DNA of 64,000 nt, taken from assembly GCA_951406725.2 (NCBI GenBank), contig OX597824.1:22010001-22074000 (forward strand). The letters run 5' to 3'. The DNA comes from Octopus vulgaris (Eukaryota). A program made the translations under genes and the position numbers. Every line of letters starts with the position of its first letter. Positions within the stretch are counted from its first letter, which is position 1. This document shows, piece after piece, positions 13,421 to 26,131 of this stretch. The notes beneath the pieces are model-generated. The model did no database searches. It was given only the letters and a program-made list of their open reading frames with translations, and was not told the DNA's origin.

Positions 13421-13739
13421 AATTACGGATGCTGACATCAGAAAAGGCTAATGCAACAAAAGGGAAACATTTATTCATATAATTTTCAATTTCAAAAAGA
13501 ATTTTTCACCATTTCATTTTTTTTCGTTTGTTTCTTCGTTAATGTATGTTCACAAGCGTGAACAACATCAATACATAAATAATATTAATAACATTACAAC
13601 AACGCCAACAACCATAAAGTCGATATCAATAACAGAAACATCATTAATGATAATAATAACAATAATGATGATGGAAACATCATTAATAATAATAATAATA
13701 ATGATGATGATGATGATAATAATAGTAATAATAATGATG

Positions 13740-13784
<45 letters not shown>

Positions 13785-13800
13785 TGATAGTAATAACATA
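13193..13800. repeat. (AAT/GAT)n triplet tracts
   Basis: Two blocks, 13193-13420 and 13640-13800. Confidence 0.9.
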
Positions 13801-14136
13801 CAATACTGTACATTTATAAAATTAATAAGGCAAAGAAAGACAGATTTTTGAATTCAAGTGTTTCACGTGTGTATATGGATGGACACACACACATTCACAC
13901 ACACATTCACACACACACACACACATTCACACAGACACACACACACACAGACACACACACACCGAAAAACAGACACAATGAATGTGTATATGCGTGTTTG
14001 TGCACGAAATGATATTCGTGTGTAAGTATAGGAGCTGGTATGCTTGTATGCACAAAAGAACATGTGAGTGTGCACATGCAGATACGTGGAAGCATATGTG
14101 CACGCCCACCAGTTCACGCATGTTCAAGAGTGTGCG

Positions 14137-14185
<49 letters not shown>

Positions 14186-14187
14186 GC

Positions 14188-14361
14188 AGATAGATTGATG
14201 GATAGACAGATAGGCAGACGAAGAGCAGATAGACAGATAGACAAATAGATAGAAAGATATCACTATACAGACAAACAGACAGGTAGATGGATGGATGGAT
14301 GGATAGACAGACAGACAGAAATATAGATAGATAGATAGACAGACAGACACAGAGAGTGACA

Positions 14362-14406
<45 letters not shown>

Positions 14407-14568
14407 GTATACATATATATATATGTTGGAAGAGAGAGAGAAAGATGAATAGACAGATAATCAGATAAACAAATAGGAAGACAGACAGATGGAGAAATAG
14501 ATAGACAGGTAGATAAACAGACAGACAGAAAGCTACACAGACAGACAGACAGACAGATAGATAGATAA

Positions 14569-14599
<31 letters not shown>

Positions 14600-14620
14600 A
14601 ATAGACAGACTGACAGATAG
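14188..14620. repeat. (GATA/GACA)n tetranucleotide tract
   Basis: Direct reading of the sequence. Confidence 0.9.
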
Positions 14621-14732
14621 CTAAATTAGCCTACACATGCAAATGTGTGTATATATATATATGTATGCACGTATGAATATATTATATACTCATTTATCAG
14701 TATATAGATATATACAAGAATGACAGAAAGAC

Positions 14733-14782
<50 letters not shown>

Positions 14783-15350
14783 CGAGGAAGAAAGTGGTGT
14801 GTTTTAAATTACTTTTCAAATCTATACTTTTGTTGTGTTAATTTTATGAACACATGCAATAATAACCTGCACTCGTTACTTTTGCCACGACTACAACAAT
14901 AACAGCAGCAGCAACAACAACAACTGCAACAACAACAACTGCAACAACAACAACTGCAACAACCCCAACTCGTTGCAGCCGTCGTTTCAATAAATTGTTC
15001 CATCTGGTGCATTATAAGTATATTGTTTCAATTTCATAACAAATTACACACTGAGTTAATTAAACTTTGAAATAAACAAAAGAATTGCAATACATAATAA
15101 TAATAATAATAATAATAATAATATTTTGTAAAGTGTTGAAAGTGAAATTTGATTATTTTTCAGTTCGACATTTGTTTCAAATCAATTGGTAACATCCAAG
15201 TAAGAATATTGCTGAATATTGTAACATACCTCCTACTGCTCTGGGAGAGGTGAAAGTTTATGGAAATGGGTGTTTGTGGGTGAGTGTGTGTGTGTGTGTG
15301 TGTGTGCAAATATATGTGTGCGTATGTATATATATGCATGTATTTGCATG

Positions 15351-15381
<31 letters not shown>

Positions 15382-15649
15382 CTGTCTATCTGCCTGTCCA
15401 CTCACTTATATATATGTATGTATACATACATGCGTGTGCTTATCCATATGAATGCGTGTGAGTGCTTGTGTGTGTATGTCTCTCTCTCTCGCTCTCTCAC
15501 AGTATACACACACACATACAGACACACACACACAAACACACATGCACCATACACATCGATCTATACATTTGCATATACATGCATGCATTTGTGTGTTTGA
15601 GTGTGAGTATATTTGTGTATATGTGTGCATGTCCCTCACTCTTTCTCTC

Positions 15650-15658
15650 TATATATAC

Positions 15659-15737
<79 letters not shown>

Positions 15738-15846
15738 TATATACACACACACACACACATATATATACACACACACAGACACACATATATACACACACAC
15801 ACACATATATATATACACACAGACACACATATATATATACACACAG

Positions 15847-15897
<51 letters not shown>

Positions 15898-16048
15898 TAT
15901 ATATACATATACATACACACATATGTGTGTGTGTATATATATATATATACACATATATAAACACACATAAATATATACACGCACACAGACATATTTATAT
16001 ATATATATATAAAATAGAACAAAAAATGCAATAGAGGACAATAAATAA

Positions 16049-16088
<40 letters not shown>

Positions 16089-16110
16089 GTATGTATGTAT
16101 ATATATATGC
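15650..16110. repeat. (TA)n/(CA)n compound microsatellite
   Basis: Direct reading of the sequence. Confidence 0.95.
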
Positions 16111-16463
16111 ATGCATAAGTTAGATATGTGTCAGCATGTGTTGTACATATGGTACTTGTAAGTGGAAAGAATCACACTTCAACAAAAATCTTTGATTTAT
16201 TAGCTTTTAGTAATTCATAAATAAACACCGAAGGCATACTTAAGCTATTTGCAGCATGAATGATCAATGTAATAATAGTTGTTGAATAGTAAATAGTCAT
16301 ATCAAACTGTCTGATCATCCTTCTTCTCCAACCCAAACAAACTCGGCTTTACCGACCAGATATATTTATGCAAACAGAAGTCTTTAACCATCTTTGGACA
16401 CCTTGTCTTTCAGTTTCAAACTTCAGATGAACATCATATACTATATATATATATATATATATA

Positions 16464-16862
16464 GGCGTAGGAGTGACTGTGTGGTAAGTAGCATGCTAAC
16501 GAACCACATGGTTCCGGGTTCAGTCCCACTGCGTGGCACCTTGGGCAAGTGTCTTCTACTATAGCCTCGGGCCGACCAAAGCCTTGTCAGTGGATTTGGT
16601 AGACGGAAACTGAAAGAATCCTGTCGTATATATGTATGTATGTGTGTGTATATGTTTGTATGTCTCTGGTTGTCTCCCCAACATCGCTTGACAACTAATG
16701 CTGGTGTGTTTACGCCCCCGTAACTTAGCAGTTCGGCAAAAAGAGACTGATAGAATATGTACAAGGCTTACAAAGAGTCCTGGGGGTCGATTTGTTCAAC
16801 TAAAGGCGGTGCTCCAGCATGGCCGCAGTCAAATGACTGAAACAAGTAAAAGAGTAAAAGAG
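16464..16862 (+). mobile_element. SINE family A, full length
   Basis: tRNA-like head (TGTGTGGTAAG...GGGTTCAGTCCC), CORE-like GGCACCTTGGGCAAGTGTCTT, internal TA/TG microsatellite and (GTAAAAGA)n tail. Confidence 0.9.
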
Positions 16863-18564
16863 AAGTAGATTGGTAGCACTAGGGTTAGAGTACCATGTGA
16901 CATTTAGCTGTGTTCTTCTAGGTTTTGAGTTCAAGCCTGCCCAGGTTGACTTTGCCCGTCCTCCTTTCTGAGGTCGTTAAAAATAAGTAGTTGTCATACA
17001 CTGAGGCTGACATAATTAATTGACTATAACGATGGAGGTGGTCCTCAGACATCGTCACAGTTCAATGACCGAAACCAAAAAAAAATAAAAAGTAAAAAAA
17101 AAAAATACAAAAGAAAATCTAAAGAAAAAGAGAAGAATTGAGAGAGACAGAGAATGTTATCTGATCATATCTGTATGGGAGGAGGTGAAGAATAATTATT
17201 AGCAGTCTTGTTATATACTAATGAATTCATTCTTGCCCACAAATGGGAATCAAAAGAAATAAATAAATACTAGAAGGAATAGATAACGGCGCCTGGTTAT
17301 TTGCTCTTGAAATTTGGAAGCAGTAAAAAGGGTTTTGTTAAGAATATTTTATGAATGCTGTTGGAGTTTAGAGAAAGTTAATGGCCCATAATATAGCTGA
17401 CAGGCAAATCTGATTATCACAGTTGAATGAAGAATTTCCTTCTAATGGCTAGCAAAAGAACCTTAATGTTTTTCCAAATCACTGAAAGCGAAAAATCTTT
17501 GATGCCAAGAAACTATTGTATTGATTAATTATCTCCATGCCTGATAAGATTTTAATTATTGTCTAATCTCGACACAATTGGAATTCCTTATACTTTTGCT
17601 GGAATGAAAATCACAAATTTGTCATTTTACTACTGTAACATTAAAGACGGCAATTTATATGACACAAGATTCTGCTTTCTCAGAATGAAATATAATTGAA
17701 AAATTAGACATTTTAAATATTCATTTAAAATTGGACATCTTAAATATTCATTTGTCTCTCCATTAGCTTATTTTCAAATTCTTCTTCTGCCCTTCCTCCC
17801 TTACCCTCTCTCTATGTCTCTGTCTGTCTGTCTGTCTCTCTCTGTGTCTCTGTCTCTGTCTCTCTCGTGTGTTCTATATTTTTTGTTTTCATTGTTGGAA
17901 ATAAAAGATTTGTCCTTATCATAAATAAGCAAGACTCTTCTTTCCTGATTGTTCTAATTGAAGTTTGAAAAAAAAAAAATTTTTTAAATAATGGTGAGAA
18001 GAAAGATTTAAATAGAAACGGGCAGAAAGTATTTTATGTCCAGCTACAATAATAATCAATTAATGCTCACAGACTGGGGAAAGAAACTGCAAAGCTAAAA
18101 TACAATGTGGATGGGTGGGAGGAAAGAGTGAGAGAGAGAGAGATATCATTATTACTTTAGTGCATCGTAAATAAAAGTAAGTCAGAAAAATCTTTGTTTA
18201 CAACTATTAGTTTTAAATAAGATATTTTATATTTTAAAAGCATTAATTTACCTTTAATACAAAGAAGAAAAAAAACATTAAAAAAAAAACACAAACCCAC
18301 ATATATGACAAAATGTGTTAAACTGAAAAACACTAAAACGGTGAAAGCAATTAATCGATAACTTGTCAGTATATAAGGAGTGGAGAATCTCTCAAATACA
18401 TCAATCTAAACAATTTTAAAACAATAATGATGATAATAATAATAATAATAATAATAATGATAATAAGTATAAAAGATGAGCTACAGCAAATATTCTGCTC
18501 AATACCACAGATTTGCTCATCGGCTGTTTGACCGTAACCACTTGAGCATGTAATAATAATAACA

Positions 18565-18770
18565 ATCCTTTCTACTATAGGCACAAGGCCTGAAATTGTG
18601 TGGGAGGGCGATGGTTGATTACATCGACCCCAGTGTCTCACTGGTACTTAATTTATTGAACCCCAAAAGGATGAAAGGCAAACTCAACATTGGCAGAATT
18701 TGAACTCAGAATATAGGAAAATATTGCTAAGCATTTCATCCAGCGTGCTAACAATTTGGCCAGCTTGCTG
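18565..18770 (-). mobile_element. SINE family B (short-tail variant)
   Basis: ACATCGACCCCAGTG...GGATGAAAGGCAAA...GAATTTGAACTCAGAA, in a (TAA)n context. Confidence 0.75.
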
Positions 18771-18828
18771 TCTGAATAATAACAATAATAATAATAAGAA
18801 GAAGAAGAAGAATGATGATAATGATAAT

Positions 18829-19367
18829 AAATGCCCTGATTCAGTACTAGGCAGTGGCTCTCATGGCTTCTGATCTTAACTGATTGTTTTCTCTTGGTAG
18901 AAAAGATGGGCTACAGCAAATATTCTGCTCAATTCCACAGATTTGTATGTCACTTGTTTGACCTTAACCAGTCGACCATGTCCCTTCGTGGCTGACGATA
19001 TGTGCATCTCTGATCATGAGCAGAAGTAGTGGGGGAGCATCATAGCCATGTGTTGAGAGGAATGCTTTGGGGTTTGAATAATTCACCTCTGGAAACATGG
19101 GTGGTTCGTTCAACATCCTTAAACAACCCTTATTCAGGGACCTTTTGAGTGGGATGGGTTACTCAACCTGAAGAAAATTCTAACTGGACCCCACCTGCAA
19201 GGTCATGCACTGTTAATCTTGATATGAGACCATCATATCGCACACATATGGTTGTGATGCATGTACCTTGTGTACCCTTATCAGATGGGTAATCATTATG
19301 GGTATACTGGGCTTCGTATATTTTACCTCAGTGTTACTTTGATGGCATGCACTGTTCTCTCATTCAA
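18829..19367 (+). mobile_element. Family E element, full length, inside (TAA)n
   Basis: Matches 1221-1704 in reverse; a partial third copy lies at about 18470-18550. Confidence 0.85.
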
Positions 19368-19385
19368 TAATAATAATAATAATAA

Positions 19386-19600
19386 TGGTTTCAAATTTTG
19401 GCATAAGGCCAGTAATTTTGGGGGTGAGGTTGAGTCAATTACATAGATCCCAATGTTCAACAGGTACTTATTTTATTGACCCTGAAAGGAAGAAAGTCAA
19501 AGTCAACCTCAGTGAAGCTTCAACTCAGAACGTAAAGACGGATGAAATGCTGCTAAGGATTTTGCCCAGCAAGCTAACAATTGTTAGGTTGCTACCTTAA
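19386..19600 (-). mobile_element. SINE family B (short-tail variant)
   Basis: Similar to 28078-28300. Confidence 0.75.
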
Positions 19601-20559
19601 TAACAATAATAAAAATGATAATAATATAATGGTTCATTCTAATTTACATACAAGGCTAGCAATTTTGAAGGGAGCAGGCAAGTCAATTATGTAAGTTCAT
19701 CAGGTGCTAATTTTAATAACCCTGGAAGGATAATAAGTATATGAAGTATATATGACACTGAATCGAATTCTATAAGCTATATTGTGCTGCCTATCCTTGG
19801 TGCTACAGTTATCATTCTAATGCACATATTGATTTCCTTATATGGATGTCACTAGATTAACAGAATGTCACACATATATTTGTCTGCTAAGAGGCAAATA
19901 CATGTGTGACATTCTCAACTCTCTCAAGAGCATTATTAGTTACTAACCAAAGTGATTAGGTAAATTCATAAATTTTGGTTCAATCCATAAAATACTTAGC
20001 GCTACCTTACAGTGTCCAGCTAAACTTAAGAATAATCATATATATATATATAATTTTTTAATTTCCTTAAAAATAAATGTTTCTAATTTAGTGCATAACC
20101 TATCTTAAATTCGATATATTCTTCAGTATGACAACTGGTAAACAATTTCAGATGACTTCTTTCTAAGCTCATTATTTTGACAAAATATTTTTTATCTTTT
20201 TCCTGATTATACAGGTTCTGTTCATCTAATATGGACTTTCAGCTGTCTACAGTAGTTCTAAGTAAACATGTTTTGCATTCTGAGAAAGAAAGATTCAACA
20301 GCTACTCCCCACCACCATTCATAAAGAGGTTATTTTAATACCTGACTCAAATAACTAATTCTGCATTTTGGTGAATATTGATTATGTTTTCCTATAATCC
20401 TTATTAAGAAAAACAACTCAATGTCATAGCATTCCAAACTTGGTGTTACATACACCAAACTGCAGTTATTGAAGATTTATTTTCCTGTAGTTCATAGAAC
20501 ATTGAAGGAAGGGCTTTAAAGACAATCTAAGGTGCCAAAAATATCGTTGAATTCTGTCT

Positions 20560-20855
20560 AAGAAGAAAGGTCACTTGGTACTGTTTGAAGTACAAGGTCA
20601 CTGAGTATAGTCTAAGAAAGGTCACTGAGTACAACCAAATGAGAAAGGTCACTGAGTACAGTCTAAGACAGAAGAAAAACTATCATGTGCAGTTTAAGGT
20701 ATAAAGAAGGTCATTCTGAACTGTTTAATGGAAAAGGTCACTGTGTACTGGAAAAGTCATAGGGTACAGTCTCAGGTAAGAAAAAGGTCACTGGGTACAT
20801 TCTTGGATAAGGGAAAAGTCAGTGTGTACAGGTGAAGACAGAAGAAAGGTTATTT
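20560..20855. repeat. Degenerate ~25-30-bp minisatellite with an AAAGGTCACTGAGTACAG core
   Basis: About 10 diverged units. Confidence 0.75.
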
Positions 20856-21692
20856 TGCACATATTTTGAGATGACTGACTTGGATTCAAAATTATGAGAA
20901 GGAAGAATGCGCTCAGTATAGTTAATATGGTGATCTAAGAGCTGATAATTTTGCATAGCAAAGCAATGGTCAGCAGAATAAAAGATTGGGTAAGAGAATG
21001 AGTGAAAATGTTCAACAGGAGATTAGACGCAATATACAGTAATACTGAAAAGAGAGAAGTAAAGAAGGGGGAAAGTTTGAGAGAGAAGCGTGTATTGTAA
21101 GAGAGAGAGAGAAGTGGGTATGTGGAGAAGTGTCTGGAGTAGGAAGATAATGTTGGAGATACATAGTTAATGAGAATAGATGAGTTGATGAAGATTTATA
21201 GAGTTAGGGCAATGTCGAGAAGCAACAAAGGTAAGGATGAAGTTAAGCCAGTTAATATCACATGGATTTGTGTACACACACACACACACACACACACAGA
21301 TACACACACAAGCAAACAAACACACAAATATTCACACAGGTATACATCAATTGGAAGGTGAGGCTTCACTCCGTTTCTACTATGAATTTACGCTCGTAAG
21401 TCTTCTCCGCAATGAAAACAACCAACCCAAAGCTTTAACTGAAGCAGGGTTGAAGTGGGGGGGAGGGGTTGTCTCAGTTTGAAAATGCATGAATAAATTC
21501 TATATCTGCTGTATTGTTGATCTGACTTGCTTATAAATGGGCATATAAACTTGTATGCATGTATTTCACATTTGATATCTAAATCATAGAACACGAATTA
21601 TTTAATAATAAATGTTTCTCCAATACAAACAAGTGTGTACCTGCTGATAACGGTTAACAATAGTGCCAGTATATCACGTGATCACGTGATAT

Positions 21693-21917
21693 ACTCGCGG
21701 TCGTAGGATCGCGGTTTCGATTCCCAGACCAGGCGTTCTGAGTGTTTATTGAGCGAAAACACCTAAAGCTCCACGAGGCCCCAGCAGGAGGTGGTGGCGA
21801 TCCCTGCTGTACTCTTTCGCCACAACTTTCTTTCACTCTTTCTTCTGTTGGCCTGCTCACTTAGCCAGCGGGGTGGTATAATTTGAAGGCTAAAGCAATT
21901 CGAAGCACATTGTGGCC
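21693..21917 (+). mobile_element. SINE family C, 5'-truncated
   Basis: Matches 56712-56992 from ACTCGCGG onward. Confidence 0.85.
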
Positions 21918-22346
21918 ACACCTTAGTCACAATTTATGCTCCTAACACTAGCTTAATTATAACGAAGTTATTTATCTAAATTCTTTGTTATAATTAAAAT
22001 TAATTGAAAGAAACATAGAGCATGACACAAATTTAGAGAAGTAATATAAAATATAACCTAAATGAAATTACAAATGCAATCAGGGAAGATTTACATTTGT
22101 TTGTTTGCATAACATCTGCTATCTTCCTAAATAACTCCCCATGGGTTTGGACAGGAAGTTATTTTGAGAGGATTTTATGGCCTAATGCTGTTACCTGTCG
22201 CCAATCTTCGCCTTTTGTTCAAGTAAGTGATTTCTTTATTCCACAGGTTTACAAAAACACAGTGTGACCTGTCATAATGTCAGTTATTAATGTCAACATC
22301 ATACAGTGACAAACATGAAATATTTATATTCAAGTAGGTTTTTGAA

Positions 22347-22392
<46 letters not shown>

Positions 22393-22942
22393 TACACACA
22401 CACTATTGCATACATACGTTCATAGATACATATGCACACACATAGACACATATACACGTGTGTGTGTGTGTGTATGTATGTGTGGGGGAATACTGCAGTT
22501 TATCAGCCTTTCAATGTGCTTATATGTGTATATGCTTTAAGTATATACACAGATTCCTATTTGGAACCAATATGATGCACAACAATTACCAGGAAGGTCA
22601 TGTTGCGCTAGAATAACTGCATCAATAAATCGCATCTAACCCATGCCGGCATGGGAAACAAATGTAAAAATGATGATGATGGTATTTTGATATGCATTCA
22701 TTTGACAACTGAAAATCATAAGAATACATATTAAAATGCCTATATTCCACTGGTCTGCCATATGTCAGAACTATGGAACTTTTGAACTTTCATTTACTGA
22801 AGAATGTAAAGAGAATTACCATTTTTTATCAAAGGATTTTCCATCAGAACTCCAACTTTGAACTCTACATTGAATTACCACTGGGATTACTGTGGATATC
22901 TTTTTACTGATCTACAAAACTTTGTGTGTTTGTACATGCACA

Positions 22943-22978
<36 letters not shown>

Positions 22979-23140
22979 CATACACACACACACATATATA
23001 TTTTATTATGTTATTTTTAAATAGCAGAAGTTAGAAAGTGACTCAAGAGCTGGGAGTTCCATGCACTGGCACTTACCATCATGATATTTATTCTTTTACT
23101 ATAAAACCTCTTTTACTTGTGACACAAACCAAATTGTATA

Positions 23141-23200
23141 CCGTAAATCCTCGAGTATAATCTGCATTTTTTTCCTAAAATTTAACGGTCAAAATCCCTG
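23141..23200 (+). mobile_element. Possible Tc1/mariner (Tc2/pogo-like) terminal fragment
   Basis: TA followed by CCGTAAATCCTCGAGTATAA resembles CCGTA...TATAA termini. No partner TIR was seen. Confidence 0.4.
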
Positions 23201-23337
23201 GAAACTGTATATATATTCAGCCTGAGGTTAGTTCCTCATTTTTCAGTCATTTGTTTATATTTAAAAATTGTCATTTCAAATCGGAGAATAAATATCATTA
23301 TGATATATATTATATATAGTAATACTATATATGATAC

Positions 23338-23369
<32 letters not shown>

Positions 23370-23411
23370 GAAAGAATGGAGTCGAACGAAGATGTTAACA
23401 AATTTCCTTTA

Positions 23412-23493
23412 CTCTCGACACATGTTTCGAAGACAGAATGTTCTCATTCCAAAGGAATAAAGGGTGCATTATGCAATCTTCTCATCAGGAAAG
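23412..23493 (-). ncRNA. Type I hammerhead ribozyme (Penelope-like pLTR)
   Basis: Minus strand reads CUUUC-CUGAUGA-GAAGA...UCUUC-GAA-AC(AUGU)GU-C-GAGAG. Full canonical core with a GUC cleavage triplet, and all three stems pair. Confidence 0.8.
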
Positions 23494-23564
23494 AAAGGGA
23501 GCCTCTCTCGACAACAAGACAAACAAAAATTTCGATGATTGCCTACATAGTAAACAAAGTGATA

Positions 23565-23614
<50 letters not shown>

Positions 23615-23904
23615 TCAGTTATATCATACTATGATCCTTCCGTAGTAGCTTTCTCTCTGTAACTCACAAAGCCTTTTGGGTTTGTTTATGAAAATATAAT
23701 TTATGTAGTATCAAGACAGTTTAAGCATATATTAACTAAATTTGACTGAAATTGATATGTGAGCATTTGGCCAATCAGGTTCGCAAGGAGGTATGAAAGT
23801 CCTGATTTGTTAGTTTGATTCAGCCTCAGATTAGCTCATCATTTTTCAATAATTTGTTTAGATTTAAACTAATGTCACTCCAAATCTGAGAATAAATATC
23901 ATTA

Positions 23905-23943
<39 letters not shown>

Positions 23944-23974
23944 TAAATTAGAGATAAAACCACTATTAGGCAAA

Positions 23975-24292
23975 TCATCATCATCATCGTTTAACGTCTG
24001 TTTTCCGCGCTAGCACGGGTTGGACGGTTCGACCGGGGTCTGGGGAGCCAGAGGCTGCTCCAGGCTCCAGTCTGATCTGGCAGTGTTTCTACAGCTGGAT
24101 GCCCTTCCTAACGCCAACCACTCGGCGAATGTAGTGGGTGCTTTTTACGTGCCACCTGCACAGGTGCCAGAGGGGTCTGGCATCGGCCACGATTGGTTGG
24201 TGCTTTTTATGTGCCACCGGCACAGAAGCCAGTCGAGGCGGTGCTGGCATCAGCCACGTTCGGATGGTGCTTTTTATGTGCCACCGGCACAG
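23975..24292 (-). mobile_element. Family D retroposon inserted in an AT-rich (TA)n-flanked element
   Basis: (CAT)n tail and repeated GGTGCTTTTTAYGTGCCACC units. Confidence 0.8.
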
Positions 24293-24464
24293 AGTGAAAA
24301 ACATAAGCCAATACATAAAATTAATAAAAAAATATAAAAGTTAATTAATTTAATATAATATAATATATTTATACTATAAAATTGGATTTAATCCTAAATC
24401 TAATTTTTCCCTGTAAGTTTGGACTTATTCCCTAATATTATTATATATATATATATATATAAAG

Positions 24465-24790
24465 GGTAAAGACCTCCTTTGGTCATAAATGACCATGTGA
24501 TTGCACCTAGAAAGTTCCCCTCCGAAGTTCAAGGCCAGGCAAGGTTGTTTATGGAAGGCCAACAGTTTCCTATGCATACCAGCTTCCCCTCTCTATGACA
24601 CCGATGTTATCCAAGGGAAAGGTAATGGCTGACACAGCTTGGCATCAGTGATGTTGCAACTCATTTCTACAGCTGAGTGAACTGGAGCAGAATGAAGTGC
24701 CTTGCTCAAGAACACAAGATACAGCACAGTCTAGGAATTGAACTCACTACCTCATAATTGTGAGCCTGATGCTCTAACCACTGAGTCATG
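24465..24790 (-). mobile_element. tRNA-derived SINE family F
   Basis: Minus-strand head CATGACTCAGTGGTTAGAGCATCAGGCTCACAA...GAGTTCAATTCC followed by a GTGTTCTTGAGCAAGGCACTT domain. Confidence 0.75.
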
Positions 24791-24814
24791 TGTGTGTGTG
24801 TGTGTGTGTGTGCC

Positions 24815-25060
24815 TATGTCAAGACATTACATGATGGCTGTAAATGAGCATCCTTGTTATACAAGTGGGGTTGTTTACTTCCAGTCTTCTGTGAATAACA
24901 TGTGTGTCCATTGGAAAATATTACCTTGCTTGGAAACAGGTGAGGGTTGGTGGCAGGAAAGGCATCCAGCCATAGAAAATCTGCTTCAACGAATTCTGTC
25001 TGACTCATGCAAGCATGGAAAACTGAACAATAAAATGATGATGACGATGATGGTGATGTA
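24815..25060 (+). mobile_element. RTE-tailed family G
   Basis: GCTTGGAAACAGGTGAGGGTTGG...GGCATCCAGCCATAGAAAATCTGC...(GAT)n. Confidence 0.7.
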
Positions 25061-25556
25061 TTGCATTAGAAAATTTAGTTCCAAAATGAGGTAAACAGCA
25101 AATTGTGTTGATAAACCTACAAAGAAATAGCTTAAAGCTGATTGACAACTGACAGAATTAGTATTACTATAGTGATAGCTGTAAGTCTGAAAACAGATTG
25201 AAAATTTTGAAGCTGTTATCATAACAAAACTGTAAAACACAGCAGGAAATTGCTAATGAGTTTGTAAACAATGTATTGCTTGAACATTATAAAAATAAAA
25301 TGTGAACATGTACAGCGCTGTTCAATCAGAAAAATGTCTGTTTAATCTGAAAAAATATCTTTCATCAGAAATGTGGCTCTGTCTGAGAGTCACTGATATA
25401 AGTTGATTTGTAACTGGTTGATCATATATTTAGCAGTATATGCAAATACATTGGTCACTAATTGTAGGGAATTAAAGATTATTGTGCAAAGAAACAAAAC
25501 ACAATGGATTTATAGATAATTTTTTGTTTATTATTTCGTTTATTTTCTATAAGTAC

Positions 25557-26050
25557 AGGCATGGCTGTGTGGTTAAGAAGCTCACTTTGGAACCATGAGG
25601 TCTCAGGTTCAGTCACACTGCAAAGGCTGACCATTGCTTTGCGAATGAATTTGGTAGACAGAAACTGTGTGAATCTCTGCTATGTGTTTTCATATATATA
25701 TGTGTGTGTGTGTGTAGTACAGCCTGACTGGCACTTGTGCCAGTGGCACATAGAGAGCACCATTCGAGCGTGATCAATGCCAGTGCCGCCAGACTGGCTC
25801 CCATGCTGGTGGCACATAAAAAGCACCATATGAGTGTAGTCGATGCCAGTTCTGCCTGACTGGCTCTGTGCCGGTGGCACGTAAAAAGCACCCACTATGC
25901 TCTCGAAATGGTTGGCATTAGGAAGGGCATCCAGCTGTAGAAACCCTGCCAGATCAGATTGGAGCCTAGTACAGCCTCCAGGCTTGCCAGTCCTCAGTCA
26001 AACTGTCTAAGCCATGCTAGCATGGAAAGTGGATGTTAAATGATGATGAT
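25557..26050 (+). mobile_element. Family A head followed by family D body and tail
   Basis: GGCATGGCTGTGTGGTTAAG head, a TG tract, then GGTGGCACRTAAAAAGCACC units and a (GAT)n tail. Confidence 0.7.
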
Positions 26051-26131
26051 AGTATATACAGATACGTAAATGTCAGACAATGAGAATGAGTGCTCAAAAT
26101 TGCATTGGTTGATGAAATTTTATTATTTGCA

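Noticed and set aside
20215-20261. Strong-looking plus-strand acceptor (…TTTTTCCTGATTATACAG|G)
   Set aside because: Only a weak donor follows and the peptide is uninformative.
20560-20855. CRISPR-like periodicity
   Set aside because: Eukaryotic context, degenerate repeats, related spacers and no cas genes.
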